Assembly (NCBI GenBank): GCA_963719495.1
Contig: CAVRCI010000001.1
Span: 160,001-224,000, forward strand
DNA: 64,000 bases
DNA from: an uncultured Verrucomicrobiae bacterium
Lineage (GTDB): Bacteria > Verrucomicrobiota > Verrucomicrobiia > Chthoniobacterales > JAATET01
Direction of reading: 5' to 3'
Shown here: one piece after another, positions 29,789 to 40,700 of the stretch
Layout of the letters: each line of letters opens with the position of its first letter
Numbering within the stretch: the first letter of the stretch is position 1
Made by a program: the position numbers and the translations under genes
Notes under the pieces: generated by a model
Seen by the model: the letters and a program-made list of their open reading frames with translations, nothing else
Databases searched by the model: none
Told to the model about the DNA's origin: nothing

Positions 29789-31632
29789 CGCCCACCCCCC
29801 AACCGGGTCAATGCGGCCCGGATCGCCTCCCGCTCTTCCGCCGTCACCCGCACGGCGACCCCGCTCGCAAATTTCCGCTCGTCCGATTTCCCCATGAGAT
29901 CACTCAGGACCTCCGCGTCCTCCGCCGGGACTTCAGCCCCGCCCAGCAAGTCCGCCCGGTCGACCGCGCCCCTCGTCTCCACCAGCGCGTCGAGATCCTC
30001 CTCCGCGATCTCGAGGAACGCGTCGTCGTCCAGATCCGGATCCCGAAGTCGCTCGACGAGCGTCAGGTGCCGCCGACGCCATTCCGTCCGCTTCGCCCGC
30101 TCGCCGGAGCGCACCCGTCGCATCACGAACACTGCCGCGACCCCGACGAAGGTGAGGAAAGCCAGCGTATTGGCCACGATGAATCCAGCCTGCCGGATCG
30201 GAGGCGCGAAGGACCGCCGCGTCGCGGATTCGAGCACCCCCGCCCGCCCCGGCAGTTCCGGCGAGGACGCTTCGGCCTTCGCCGTTTGCCCACCCCCCGC
30301 GGCACCGCGCGAAGAATCCGGCGTCGGCTCGGCGACGGAGGCCTCCGCAACCACGGCGACCGGATCCCCTGCCAGCGTCACGTATTCCTCCTTCGTCGGA
30401 TCGAAGTAGGAAAACTCCACGCCCGGCGTCGCGGTCTGCCGCGCTTTCGCGATCATCATGAAGTCATACGTCTTCACACCACCGAACCCGACCGAATCCG
30501 CGGCGTCGAATTGATCCGTCGGCGGATACAGCTTCCACCCCTCCGCACCCACGAGCCGAGGTTCCCCCATCGCGCTGAAATTTCCCCGCCCGTTCACCTT
30601 GACCTCGAGGGTCACCGGATCGCCGGGCGCTGTCGCCTTCGGTGCCGCGTCGACCGTCATCGCGAAATCTCCGATCGCCCCCGTGAATCCCTCCGGCTTC
30701 CCACTCTTGGGCAATGGCCGGACCTCGACCTTCATCGGATCGCTCGTGACCGCGATTTGCTCGGAGTCCGACATCATCGAATTTCCGAAGAACTGACTGA
30801 ATAAATCATCGAAGCCGCGCGGGGCCTGCGAAGGCACCTGAACGACCGCCGCCATGCTCACCGCCGGGATCTCGAGCTCGCCGGACTTCACCGGGGTGAT
30901 CGCGCTCTGGAAGCTGAAAACGTGATACGCCGTCCCACCGACGACCTGCTCGCCCCGCTTCGGAGCGGTCAAATCCTCGACCGTAAACCCCTCGCCGCTG
31001 AACGTCGGCTGCTCCTGCAGGAGGCGGAATCCGTAGTTTTTGTTGAAGTAAAACCGGATCTCCACCGGCACCATCTCGCCGACGAAGACGGATTCGCGTG
31101 GGATCACCATCTCGGCGTAGGCAAGCCGCGCATCGGGGTCGGGCCGGCCCGGGTCCGCCACCGGCGGCTGCGCCCCACCGCCACCCGGCTGCCCGGGAAC
31201 GACCGGGATGGCCCGCCGAGTCTGCGGCGCCCGCCCGCCAGTCACGTCGAGCGTGAGCGCGCTCGTCGACATCGTCCGTCCATCCACGTCCAACTCGATG
31301 GCGGGAATCTCGAACCCACCCTCGCGCTGGGCAACCACTTGGTAGGTGAACACGACCGAAGTCGAGAACTGCAGATTGTTCATCTGCACCTGGGTCGAGC
31401 GCCCCCGCTGGACGATCGACAACCCGTCGACGTCAATGGTGCGGGGAGCCGTCGCGTTCGTCGAACCATCGACCTTGATCTCCAATTGGATCGGCACCCC
31501 CATCATCGCCTGATCCGCCGACAAGGTGGCCGTGACCGAAGTCGCAGCGTGCGAGAACGGAACGGAAGCGCAAGCCACCAAAGCCAGCGCCAATCCCCAT
31601 TTCAAATTTCTCATTCCTAATTTCAAATTCAC
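29785..31632 (-). CDS. batD: BatD family protein
   Basis: Signal peptide, repeated BatD Ig-like domains (GGFEIPAI, VRPLPKSGKPEGFTGAIGDF, FSYFDP), C-terminal TM. Confidence 0.88.
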   Translation of the reverse strand: MNLKLGMRNLKWGLALALVACASVPFSHAATSVTATLSADQAMMGVPIQLEIKVDGSTNATAPRTIDVDGLSIVQRGRSTQVQMNNLQFSTSVVFTYQVVAQREGGFEIPAIELDVDGRTMSTSALTLDVTGGRAPQTRRAIPVVPGQPGGGGAQPPVADPGRPDPDARLAYAEMVIPRESVFVGEMVPVEIRFYFNKNYGFRLLQEQPTFSGEGFTVEDLTAPKRGEQVVGGTAYHVFSFQSAITPVKSGELEIPAVSMAAVVQVPSQAPRGFDDLFSQFFGNSMMSDSEQIAVTSDPMKVEVRPLPKSGKPEGFTGAIGDFAMTVDAAPKATAPGDPVTLEVKVNGRGNFSAMGEPRLVGAEGWKLYPPTDQFDAADSVGFGGVKTYDFMMIAKARQTATPGVEFSYFDPTKEEYVTLAGDPVAVVAEASVAEPTPDSSRGAAGGGQTAKAEASSPELPGRAGVLESATRRSFAPPIRQAGFIVANTLAFLTFVGVAAVFVMRRVRSGERAKRTEWRRRHLTLVERLRDPDLDDDAFLEIAEEDLDALVETRGAVDRADLLGGAEVPAEDAEVLSDLMGKSDERKFASGVAVRVTAEEREAIRAALTRLGGGR

Positions 31633-31638
31633 CTCAAA

Positions 31639-33702
31639 CTACCAATCCTTTCGCACGTCCTGGTAATTCTGCCGCTCCATCATCTGGACGCGCTCCTCGT
31701 CACCCTGCATGGATCGCAGAAGATTGCGCGCCTGCGCTTCCGACATCTCGCCGTCCGGCGTCTCGGGCTCGGCCTCCCCGCCCTGCCCCGTCTCCCCATC
31801 TTCTTCGCCCGGTTTGTCGCCCTGTGATTTCAGATCGCCGTCCTTCGGCTCGCCCGGAGTCGGCGATGGCTCGGCACCGCCCGGCTCCTGGTCGCCGGGG
31901 TTCTCGTCGGGCTCGGGCTGGTCTTGGCTCTCTCCACCCTCGGTTGATGGTTCGGATTCCTCGTCCGACTTCTCATCCCCGGACTCCCCATCCTTCGAAT
32001 CCGGCTGATCCTGCTGATCGCCTTCCTCACCCTTTTGATCGTCCGGCTTCCCGTCCTCGCCCTTTTCATCCTGCTGATCCTGCTGGTCTTCCTGGTCGTC
32101 GCCCTCTTCGCCTTCTTTTTGCTGATCGTCCTTCTCCTGATCCTGTTTCTGATCGTCCTGGTTCTGATCCTCTTTCTGCTCGTCGTCCTTTTTCTCCTGA
32201 TCCTGCTTTTGCTGTTCCTGCTCCTTTTCGAGGTCCTCAAGCATCTTCTTCACGATGTCGCGATTCTCTTCCGCCTGGCTGTTGCCGGGATCCAGATCCA
32301 GCGCCGCCGTGTAGTGGTCGATGGCATCCGTCCAATCCGCCTTTTTCGACTCGGCGGACTGCGCCGCCTCACCCCGCCGCGTCAGCGAGTTCCCCAGATT
32401 GTAGGACGCATCCTCCCGCAGCCCCTCGTCCTCCGCCAGCAGCGCCTCGGTGAAGAGGTCGACCGCCTTGGCGTAGTCGCCCGACTGGTAGGCCGCTGCC
32501 CCGGCGTTGAACTTGAGCTTCTCCGACTCCGGCAGCCGCGACGCCTCGTCTTCAAACTCCGCCATCGCCCCCGCGTAATCCCCGGCCCGATAACTCGCGA
32601 ACCCATCCGCGCGACCCACGCCCGTTCCCACCAGAAGCAGAACCCCCACGCGCACCGCCACCCGGGTCGCCGACTTCCGCCGCGACCACCGACCTTCGCC
32701 CAGCAAAATCCAGAGCGTCAGACAGACCAACGCCGCCCCCAGCGGCCATTGATATTGCTCGATTGGTTGCCGCGACGACATCATGCCAGTCTCCTGCTCC
32801 TCGAGCGGCTCGATTCCTCGCTGAAACAGCTCGCGCGCCACGTCCGGCGTGAGCTGCGTGTAAAATCCGCCCGTCACCTCCGCAATCTCACCGAGCCGGA
32901 CCGCGTCCAGCTTCGACTGCACCGGTTGCCCCGACGCGTCACGGACGAATTCCTGCCGCCCATCCGGGGTCAGCACCGGAATCAACGCCCCTTCGGCGGA
33001 CCCCAGGCCAATCGTGAAAATCCGAATCCCCTCCTCGCCCGCCCGCTTCGCCGCGGCCACACCGTCCGCGTCGAGTTCTTCTCCATCCGTCAAAATCACG
33101 AGCGCCCGAATCACACCCTCGGCCTTCCCAAACGCGTCGATCGCCGTCTGGATCGCCGCCGCCAGGTTCGATCCACCCCGCGGGATCACGTTCGTGTCCA
33201 GCTCGTCGAGCGTCGTCAGCACCGCGTTGTAATCCAGCGTCAGCGGAGCCTGCAAAAACGCCGATCCCGCGAACGCGATCACCCCCAACCGGTCCCCGCG
33301 CAGCAACCGCATCAAATCCTGCGACACCAACTTCGCCCGCGCCAGCCGCGTCGGCGTCACGTCGGTCGCCAGCATGCTCCGCGACGTGTCGACCGCCAGC
33401 AGCACGTCCCGACCCTTCGTTTTGATTTCGCGCTGAACGTATCCCATCCGCGGCTTCGCCATCGCCACGATCGCGAGACCGATCGCCAGCAACACGAGCC
33501 CCGCGCGCGTCCAGCGCATTGTCGGATTCACGCCCGAAGCGAGTTGCTGCCGCAGCCGCGGCGCGACGATCCGCCCGATCAACGCGCTCCGTTTCGCCTG
33601 CGCCCGCCAAAAAAAGACCGCCAGCGTCGGCACCAACAACAGCGCCCACAGCCAAAGCGGCTCTCCGAAGGTCAGAGCGGTTTCTACGGCAGTCGTTTCC
33701 AT
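31639..33702 (-). CDS. BatB/BatC fusion: VWA domain + TPR + Q/D/E-rich linker
   Basis: MIDAS DTSRSM, PTRLARAK, PLTLDY, LTDGE; TPRs; acidic tail ending QARNLLRSM...KDW. Confidence 0.9.
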   Translation of the reverse strand: METTAVETALTFGEPLWLWALLLVPTLAVFFWRAQAKRSALIGRIVAPRLRQQLASGVNPTMRWTRAGLVLLAIGLAIVAMAKPRMGYVQREIKTKGRDVLLAVDTSRSMLATDVTPTRLARAKLVSQDLMRLLRGDRLGVIAFAGSAFLQAPLTLDYNAVLTTLDELDTNVIPRGGSNLAAAIQTAIDAFGKAEGVIRALVILTDGEELDADGVAAAKRAGEEGIRIFTIGLGSAEGALIPVLTPDGRQEFVRDASGQPVQSKLDAVRLGEIAEVTGGFYTQLTPDVARELFQRGIEPLEEQETGMMSSRQPIEQYQWPLGAALVCLTLWILLGEGRWSRRKSATRVAVRVGVLLLVGTGVGRADGFASYRAGDYAGAMAEFEDEASRLPESEKLKFNAGAAAYQSGDYAKAVDLFTEALLAEDEGLREDASYNLGNSLTRRGEAAQSAESKKADWTDAIDHYTAALDLDPGNSQAEENRDIVKKMLEDLEKEQEQQKQDQEKKDDEQKEDQNQDDQKQDQEKDDQQKEGEEGDDQEDQQDQQDEKGEDGKPDDQKGEEGDQQDQPDSKDGESGDEKSDEESEPSTEGGESQDQPEPDENPGDQEPGGAEPSPTPGEPKDGDLKSQGDKPGEEDGETGQGGEAEPETPDGEMSEAQARNLLRSMQGDEERVQMMERQNYQDVRKDW

Positions 33703-34706
33703 ATCGTTTGTGAAAGCAGCACTTCGCCCGTGATCAACGTCACGCCCAGCAGCACGAACCAATGAAACCAATCCGTGTATTGGGCGACCTTTTCAACCTC
33801 GACCTTGCTTTTTTCCAGCTGATCGATTTCGCCAAAAATTTCCTCCAACGACGCCGTGTTCGTCGCCCGAAAGTATTCGCCGCCCGAGATCGCGGCGATC
33901 TGCTTGAGCGCTTCCTCGTCGAACTGCACGGGCACGTTCTGGTAGCCCACGATCCTTCCACCCTGCGCCCGCATCGGATACGGCGCCAGTCCCCGCGTCC
34001 CAGCGCCAATCGTGTAGATCCGGATCCCCAGCGCTTCCGCCGCCTCGGCCGCGGTCAATGGCGTGACCTTGCCCGAATTATTATCCCCGTCGGTCAGCAA
34101 CACGATCAGCTTCGTCTTCGCCTCCTTGTCCTTGAGCCGGTTCGCCGCCGACGCGATCGCCGACCCAATGGCCGTCCCGTCCTCGACCAGCCCAATTTGC
34201 ACCCGCTCGAGATTCCTCAGCAGCCAATCGTGGTCCAGCGTGAGCGGACTCACGAGGTAAGCCTGACCCGCGAACGCCACGATCCCGATCCGGTCGTTCG
34301 GCCGCTGCTCGATGAATTCGCGGGTCACCCGCTTGACCGCCTCAAGCCGGTTCGCCCGCTGCGTCCCGATGGAGAAATCCTCCGCCAGCATCGAGCCCGA
34401 CACGTCGATCGCCAGCATGATGTCGATCCCGCTCGCTTCGGTCCGCGTGATCGTCTGACCCGATTGCGGCCGCGCCGCCGCGATCACGAACGCCGCAAAG
34501 GCCACCAGCGAAAGCGCCGTGAGCAGGTCCCCCGCCCGCGACCGCCGCCGCACCCCGATGGCCTCCAACGTCGTCGTCGACGAAAACACCACGCCCGGCG
34601 TCCCTCCGAACTTCCCCTTCAGCACCGCCAGGATCGGAATGAGCACCAGCAAGCTCAGCACCCACGGATACGCAAACCCGACACCGAATATCTCGAACTC
34701 GTTCAC
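33684..34706 (-). CDS. batA: BatA VWA-domain protein
   Basis: DIMLAIDVSGSM, DRIGIVAFAG, GTAIGSA, LLTDGDNNSG. Confidence 0.92.
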   Translation of the reverse strand: MNEFEIFGVGFAYPWVLSLLVLIPILAVLKGKFGGTPGVVFSSTTTLEAIGVRRRSRAGDLLTALSLVAFAAFVIAAARPQSGQTITRTEASGIDIMLAIDVSGSMLAEDFSIGTQRANRLEAVKRVTREFIEQRPNDRIGIVAFAGQAYLVSPLTLDHDWLLRNLERVQIGLVEDGTAIGSAIASAANRLKDKEAKTKLIVLLTDGDNNSGKVTPLTAAEAAEALGIRIYTIGAGTRGLAPYPMRAQGGRIVGYQNVPVQFDEEALKQIAAISGGEYFRATNTASLEEIFGEIDQLEKSKVEVEKVAQYTDWFHWFVLLGVTLITGEVLLSQTIWKRLP

Positions 34707-35218
34707 GCCCGCACCCCCTTCGCGCTCTCTTCGACGAACCCTGCCGCACTCTCGAGCAGCGCCCGGCTGTCCTCCTCCGTCGCGTGGACCCGCGCAAATT
34801 TAATGAGATCCGCCTTCTCGAGAAATGTCGCCAGCAAGGCCCGCTCCTCGTCCGAGAAATTCCGATCCTCAGCGATGTCCGCCAGGAATTCCATCGTCGT
34901 CCGCGTCGTCGCCCGCCGCCCCCGAGTCTCCTCGATGAATCGCCGCAGCACCTCGGATACCTCGATGCTGAAATCGTAGACGTCCGTAGTCGCCACCCGC
35001 TCCCTCAACCCAGCCAGCTTCCGCCGAGCCCGATCCCGACTCGAAACCACGCGCCCGGGCCTTTTCCGCAAAACGAAGAACCAAACCAGCAGCCCGACCA
35101 ACGCCACCACGGCAAGCGCCGCCAGCACCACCATCCAAACCGGATAGGGAAAAAACTCCACCGGCCCCGCAATGTCATGCAAGGGAGCCGGGGTCGCCGC
35201 TGGAACTTCAGGATTCAT
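34703..35218 (-). CDS. DUF4381-like single-TM protein of the Bat operon
   Basis: PLHDIAGPV, TM helix, LRRFIE..TTMEFL, ADLIKFA. Confidence 0.8.
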   Translation of the reverse strand: MNPEVPAATPAPLHDIAGPVEFFPYPVWMVVLAALAVVALVGLLVWFFVLRKRPGRVVSSRDRARRKLAGLRERVATTDVYDFSIEVSEVLRRFIEETRGRRATTRTTMEFLADIAEDRNFSDEERALLATFLEKADLIKFARVHATEEDSRALLESAAGFVEESAKGVRA

Positions 35219-35266
35219 TCACCACCAATCACTATTCACTAATCACCAATCACGCGCCACCCGCGC

Positions 35267-36151
35267 TCACCCACCCTGCCTCCGCTCGCGTTTCTCGAAA
35301 AATGCCCGCAGCGGCAGCAAATAATCCCGGTCGGTCCGGAGCGGGATCACGTCGATCCGCCGTTTGCGAAAGAGCCGCTCCAACTCGGCGTGGCGCTGAT
35401 CCTGAATCGCCACGAAGGCATTCGCCACCGACCGCGTCGACGTATTGATGTCGATCTGCCGGCCCGTCTCGGCGTCCTGCAGCGTGATGATCCCGATCTC
35501 GGGCAATTCCTCCTCGCCGGGATCGATCACTGGCATTGCCACCAGATCGTGCCTCTTGCCGGTGAGCGTGAGCGCCGTCGAAAAATCGGGACTGAAAAAA
35601 TCGGAGATCAAAAACACCACCGCCTTCCGAGGGACCACCTTGTTCAGATAATCGAGCGCCGCGCCAACGTTCGTTCCTCGCATCCGCGGCTCGAAGTAGA
35701 TCATTTCCCGAATCAGCCGCAGCGTGTGCAGCCGCCCCTTCTTCGGCGGAATGAAAAGCTCCACCTCGTCCGTGAAGAGCAGCAACCCGACCTTGTCGTT
35801 GTTCTGAATCGCGCTGAACGCGAGGATCGACGCCACCTCCGCCGCCAGCTCCCGCTTGCTGTTCTCGACGCTGCCGTAATCACCCGAAGCGCTCACGTCC
35901 ACGAGCAGCATCACCGTCATCTCGCGCTCCTCGGTGAATTTCTTCACGAACGGCGCATCCATCCGCGCCGTCACGTTCCAGTCGATTGTCCGAATCTCGT
36001 CCCCCGCCACGTATTCGCGAACTTCTTCGAAATTCATCCCCCGCCCCTTGAACACGCTCTGATAAGCCCCCGCAAAGGAAGCTTCGACCAGCCGCCGCGT
36101 GCGCAGCTCGAGCCTCCGGATCTTTTTGAGGATTTCCTTGGGGTCGTTCAC
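35267..36151 (-). CDS. DUF58 protein (MoxR-associated)
   Basis: SVFKGRGMNFEEVREYVAGDEIRTIDWNVTAR, DVSAS, ISDF. Confidence 0.95.
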   Translation of the reverse strand: MNDPKEILKKIRRLELRTRRLVEASFAGAYQSVFKGRGMNFEEVREYVAGDEIRTIDWNVTARMDAPFVKKFTEEREMTVMLLVDVSASGDYGSVENSKRELAAEVASILAFSAIQNNDKVGLLLFTDEVELFIPPKKGRLHTLRLIREMIYFEPRMRGTNVGAALDYLNKVVPRKAVVFLISDFFSPDFSTALTLTGKRHDLVAMPVIDPGEEELPEIGIITLQDAETGRQIDINTSTRSVANAFVAIQDQRHAELERLFRKRRIDVIPLRTDRDYLLPLRAFFEKRERRQGG

Positions 36152-36624
36152 TTCGGGTTCGTGAATGGGGAATGGTGAACGGTGAATGGTGGGAATGCCT
36201 CCTCGCTAAAGTCTTCCTGGACCACGGAACGATAATCAGTGTCGGGGGCGTTTTTGCAGAAATCATCCGCACGATCCATCATACGACAAAGCCGACCGCC
36301 CAGGCGTTGGTAGTGGTCAAGGAGGGGTGCAAACTGCTCGTCCGTCAGGTAGCCATCGAGCCTCGCGTGATCGATCCACGCCTGCGTTTCATTCGCTTCG
36401 CCTAATGCCTCGTCCAGCTTACTGATGAAGACTTTGACGTATCTCCGTCGTCCCCAAGCCTCGGCGATCATCGCTCCGACGGCTCGCGAGCTTCGCCGAA
36501 CCTGACCCGTCATCGAAAAGCGCTCATCTCGCGGAAAGACTTTCGTAATCTCGAAGATCCGGTGAGCACCGTCCCGAGCAGCCTGATAAACGATCAAATC
36601 CAAAAACGACTTAGCAACTGCCAT
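36148..36624 (-). CDS. four-helix-bundle protein (23S rRNA IVS / TIGR02436-like)
   Basis: SFLDLIVYQ, FPRDERFSMTGQVRRSSRAVGAMIAEAW.RRRY, EANETQAWI; flanked by inverted heptamer repeats. Confidence 0.92.
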   Translation of the reverse strand: MAVAKSFLDLIVYQAARDGAHRIFEITKVFPRDERFSMTGQVRRSSRAVGAMIAEAWGRRRYVKVFISKLDEALGEANETQAWIDHARLDGYLTDEQFAPLLDHYQRLGGRLCRMMDRADDFCKNAPDTDYRSVVQEDFSEEAFPPFTVHHSPFTNPK

Positions 36625-36663
36625 CGAACCCCCACCATTCACCATTCACCATTCACCAATCAC
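36161..36663. repeat. inverted heptamer arrays flanking the four-helix-bundle gene
   Basis: GTGAATG-type x4-5 (36161-36197) and CACCATT x3 plus CACCAAT (36633-36663). Confidence 0.9.
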
Positions 36664-36677
36664 GGCTGTAACCAGCC

Positions 36678-37670
36678 TCACGGCACCGGAATCCCCGCGA
36701 AGATCTTCTCCACGATCATCTCGCTCGTCACCTCCTCCGCCTCCGCCTCGTAGCTCACGGCCACGCGATGCCTCAGGATGTCCAGCCCGATGCTCTTCAC
36801 GTCCTGCGGCGTCACGTAGCCCCGGCCCGCCAGATACGCGTTCGCCTTCGCGGCGAGCGTCAGGAAGATCGTCGCGCGCGGCGACGCGCCGTAGCGGATC
36901 ATTCCGTCCAGATTCAACTTGAACGATCTCGGGTCCCGGGTCGCCCAGACGATGTCGACGATGTAATCCTTCACCCGGTCGTCGACGAAGATCGCGTTCA
37001 CCGTCTCGCGCGCCCGGATGATCTGCTCCGGCTCGACCAGGGCGTTCACGTCCAGCTTTGGAGCCGACGTCGCCATCGCGTCCAGGATCGCCCGCTCCTC
37101 CGTGCGCGTTGGATAACCCACGTTCACCTTGAGCATGAACCGGTCGAGCTGCGCCTCCGGCAGTTGATAAGTCCCCTCCTGCTCGATCGGGTTCTGCGTT
37201 GCCAGCACCAGGAACGGATCCGGCAATTTGAACGTCTTCTCGCCGATGGTCACCTGCCGCTCCTGCATCGCCTCGAGCAGCGCGCTCTGGACCTTCGCCG
37301 GAGCGCGGTTGATTTCGTCGGCCAGGATCAGATTTGAAAAAATCGGACCCAGCTTTGTGCTGAATTCGCCGTCGCGCTGATTGTAGATCAGCGTGCCGAT
37401 CAAATCCGCCGGCAGCAGATCGGGAGTGAACTGCAGCCGCTGAAATCCCGTGTTGATGCTCGAAGCCAGCGTGCGCACCGTGAGCGTCTTCGCCAATCCC
37501 GGCACGCCCTCGAGGAGCACGTGGCCATTGGTGAGCAGCCCGACGAGCAGGCGCTCGACGAGCACGCTCTGACCCACCACCACCTTCCCGATTTCCCGCA
37601 GCAGCGGCTGCACCCATTGACTCGTCTCCTGGACTTCTCGATTCAGTTCCTGCGTTGTGACACTACTCAT
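36678..37670 (-). CDS. moxR: MoxR family AAA+ ATPase
   Basis: HVLLEGVPGLAKT, RLQFTPDLLPAD, DEINRAPAKVQSALLEAM, ATQNPIEQEGTY.LPEAQLDRF, GASPRA. Confidence 0.97.
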   Translation of the reverse strand: MSSVTTQELNREVQETSQWVQPLLREIGKVVVGQSVLVERLLVGLLTNGHVLLEGVPGLAKTLTVRTLASSINTGFQRLQFTPDLLPADLIGTLIYNQRDGEFSTKLGPIFSNLILADEINRAPAKVQSALLEAMQERQVTIGEKTFKLPDPFLVLATQNPIEQEGTYQLPEAQLDRFMLKVNVGYPTRTEERAILDAMATSAPKLDVNALVEPEQIIRARETVNAIFVDDRVKDYIVDIVWATRDPRSFKLNLDGMIRYGASPRATIFLTLAAKANAYLAGRGYVTPQDVKSIGLDILRHRVAVSYEAEAEEVTSEMIVEKIFAGIPVP

Positions 37671-37799
37671 AAATAAGGGGTAAGACTCTCGCGGGGACCT
37701 TCGCCCGTCGCGGAAATTCAGACAAGCGCCCGGCCAAGTCGTTCAAAATCAGCTCGGACGAATCCGCCCGAGCCGCCTCGACTCAGGGGCAAAGGCGCG

Positions 37800-40700
37800 T
37801 CAGCGCTGCGGCTTGAAGATGATTTTCACCTTTTCGACGATGCGCTGTCCGTCCGCCGTGGTCGCCCGGACTTTCGCGATGACCTTCCTCCGATCCGGCA
37901 GTTTCCGCGCCCGGTAGATGAATCGATTGCCGCGGAGTTTGGCGTTTTTGAACCCACCCTTCCCGGCCTTCACTTCGATTCGCACGATGTCGCCGGTCAG
38001 CGTCCCCTTGATCTTCGCTTTCCCGCGCTTGCCGATGACCCTCCGAGGCGCGTCCACGGAAGGCGCAACCGTCGGCACGGGCGTTACGGGCACCGGCGGG
38101 GCCGCCGCGACCGGCTCGTAGTTCTGGTCATACGGCTCGTCACCAAAGTTCAACACCGAGACCACTTCCGACAACAGATTCGCGTAAGCCGAGTCCGCGC
38201 TGCTCGCCGTGATCCGCAAATCGTAGGCTCGATCGCCGTCGGGCTCGGCGTCGTCCTCCCCGGTGATGACCAGCATTTGTTGAAAATTCCAATTATCGGG
38301 CGTGAAAACGAACGACGTGGCCGACAGCCGACCTTCGGTGGGATCGAGCCCGCTGACCGTCAGCGTGACATCCGCCGACGGGCGGAAGGTCAGAGCCAGC
38401 TTGAGCGTTGCCGAGGCGCCCTGCTCCGACGTGTCGAGCGCAGTCTGTCCTTCGAGTTCGATCCCCGGCCCCGACCCGCCTTCGTTGTCGATGATGGACA
38501 CTTCGATCTCGTCCTGGCCCTTGACGTCCGAGGTCTCGAACGTGATTTGAAGGGCGAGGATGCGCTCCGGGATGGACCTCCCGTTGTCGATGGTCTCGAG
38601 AGCGATCGTTTTCGGGAGTTCGTCGCCGTCCACCCACGTCAGCTCCCCACTGGTCGCGACGTAGTCCGTGCCCGCGATCGCGGTTTTCTGAATCGCTCCG
38701 AAAGTCGCGGTGACCTCTCCCGGCACCGGCGGACGGGCGATCTCGATCTGTCCGGTCGTTCCCTCCCGCACCGTGACCAACGGACCCTTCGGCGGCGGCG
38801 GAGCCGCGAGGTCCGTCGAGAAAATCGCGCCATTCGTGCCACCCGCCACGACTCGACCGTCGGCCCCGACGGCTAAAGTCTGGAAGACCGTCCCCCCCTG
38901 ATTGGTCGGAACGATGACCCGCTTCCAGGTCGCTCCATCGTCGGCACTGGTCAGCGCAAAGACCTTGTTCACGTTGGACGGAGACGGCGTCCGGTAGGAA
39001 CCAATCGCCAGCCAGCGCGACCCCGACTGAACAACGTCCCAGATGTTCCAATTGAAAAATCCGTCTTCCACCTGCTCCTCGCTCAGATTCACCCGCACTC
39101 TCCATGAGTCGCCGTCGTCGTCACTGGTCAGGATCTCGTCCCGACCCAGCAGGAGAATGCGGCCCGTCGAGCTGGCACGGGCGCGTCTGACCTCGAGCAC
39201 CTTTGTCGCGGGATCGCCGGACACTCCGTCCAGGCCAGCGAGTGATTGGAGGACGGCACTCCGGGTCCAGGTCTCGCCATTGTCGTTGCTGATCACCAGG
39301 CTCGGATTGAACGACGCGAAGGTGTTCGTGGGCACAACGATCACGCCGCTCGTGGAGGTCACGATCGCTCGCGGCGTCTCGTTGAAGCCGAGCCCCGCGA
39401 CGCGCGGTGCCCAAGTCTCCCCATTGTCGTCGCTGACGTGAAAAACACCCCGATTGCTGGCGTTTTTCCCCACCGCCGCCATCACCAGTCGACCCGTCGC
39501 TGTCTCCGTGAAAAAGAAGCCCCCGGACGAGGAGTCGCCGCCCACGTTTCGCGTTTGCCAAGTGAATCCCAGGTCGTCACTCACCCGAACCGACTGCGTC
39601 CCGACACCCGGGTGAACCAGACGTCCGCCGATCTCGACCATCCCAAATCCGTTCTCGCCCGGAGCCCGCAGCTCCCACGTCAGACCATTGTCCAAGCTGG
39701 CCCAGATCCCATCATTGGCAGTCGCGAAGACGACCCCACCGAATCTCCCGATGACCCTCAAATCCGGCCCCACCCCGGGGTCCCAGGTTTTCGTCCACGA
39801 ACTGCCGGAGTCCGTGCTCCGCCACGCCGACTCGCTCGTTCCGACCGCCACCAGCGACGACGCTCCCGTCTGCACGGTCGCTCCCCGCGCGCGCACCGTC
39901 GCATCGGCCACGCTCCAGGTCTGGCCCGAAGTGGTGCGGTAGGCACCCTGCCCGACCGCCGCGATTCCACTACTGGTCCCGAACGAATCTCCGTAGATCC
40001 GGGGCTGCGCGTAGGCCGTCCAGGAACGAGCGCCATCGAAAGGATTTGGCGAGACGAGCGAATAGATCGCATCGACCCGTCCCGTGTCGATGAACCCATC
40101 CTTCGGAATGAATTGCGCCGCCTGGGCCACGTAATTCCCGCCCTGCACGACGACGTCCAGCAGCCAGAGCGCACGCCGATTTTCGAACGAAAGCTGATTC
40201 CCCGAGCTGTCGGAGATCGACGCATTCGACATCGTGTAACCATTCCAGCCCGAGCCATCCGCGCTGTCCAAAGCGGTCGACAAACCCGTGGCCACCATCC
40301 GCCCCCCCGCGTTCGCGACCTTCGACAACGGACCGAACGCAAATTTCGCCTGGGTCCACGTCGAGCCATTCGAGCTCCGGTAGATCAGACCGCCAAGACT
40401 CCAGTAGCTGAAGAGTTGATTGCTCACCGTCGTCGTCCCGTAGGCGATCAACTCGCCGGTCGGACTCACGTGCAGCCCGGTCAGATTGACTCCGTAGAAG
40501 GTGAATCCGAGGAAATCCGCCGTGTCGAACGGGAATGGCTGACTTGTCCACGTCTCGCCATTGTCACTGCTGCGGAGCACGGTCGTCTTCGCCGCAAAGG
40601 CAAACCGCCCGCCCGGCGCGTCGGTCATCACCGACGCCAGGGCCACCACGCTCGTCGCACCGCCGAAGGCCTGAATCGCGGAGACGCCGCCGCTCACCCG

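Noticed and set aside
31780..32230. Q/D/E-rich repetitive DNA
   Set aside because: Ordinary low-complexity linker of BatB/BatC-type proteins.
36148..36624. DGR accessory (Avd-like) gene
   Set aside because: Same fold family, but no reverse transcriptase or TR/VR pair is visible in the window.
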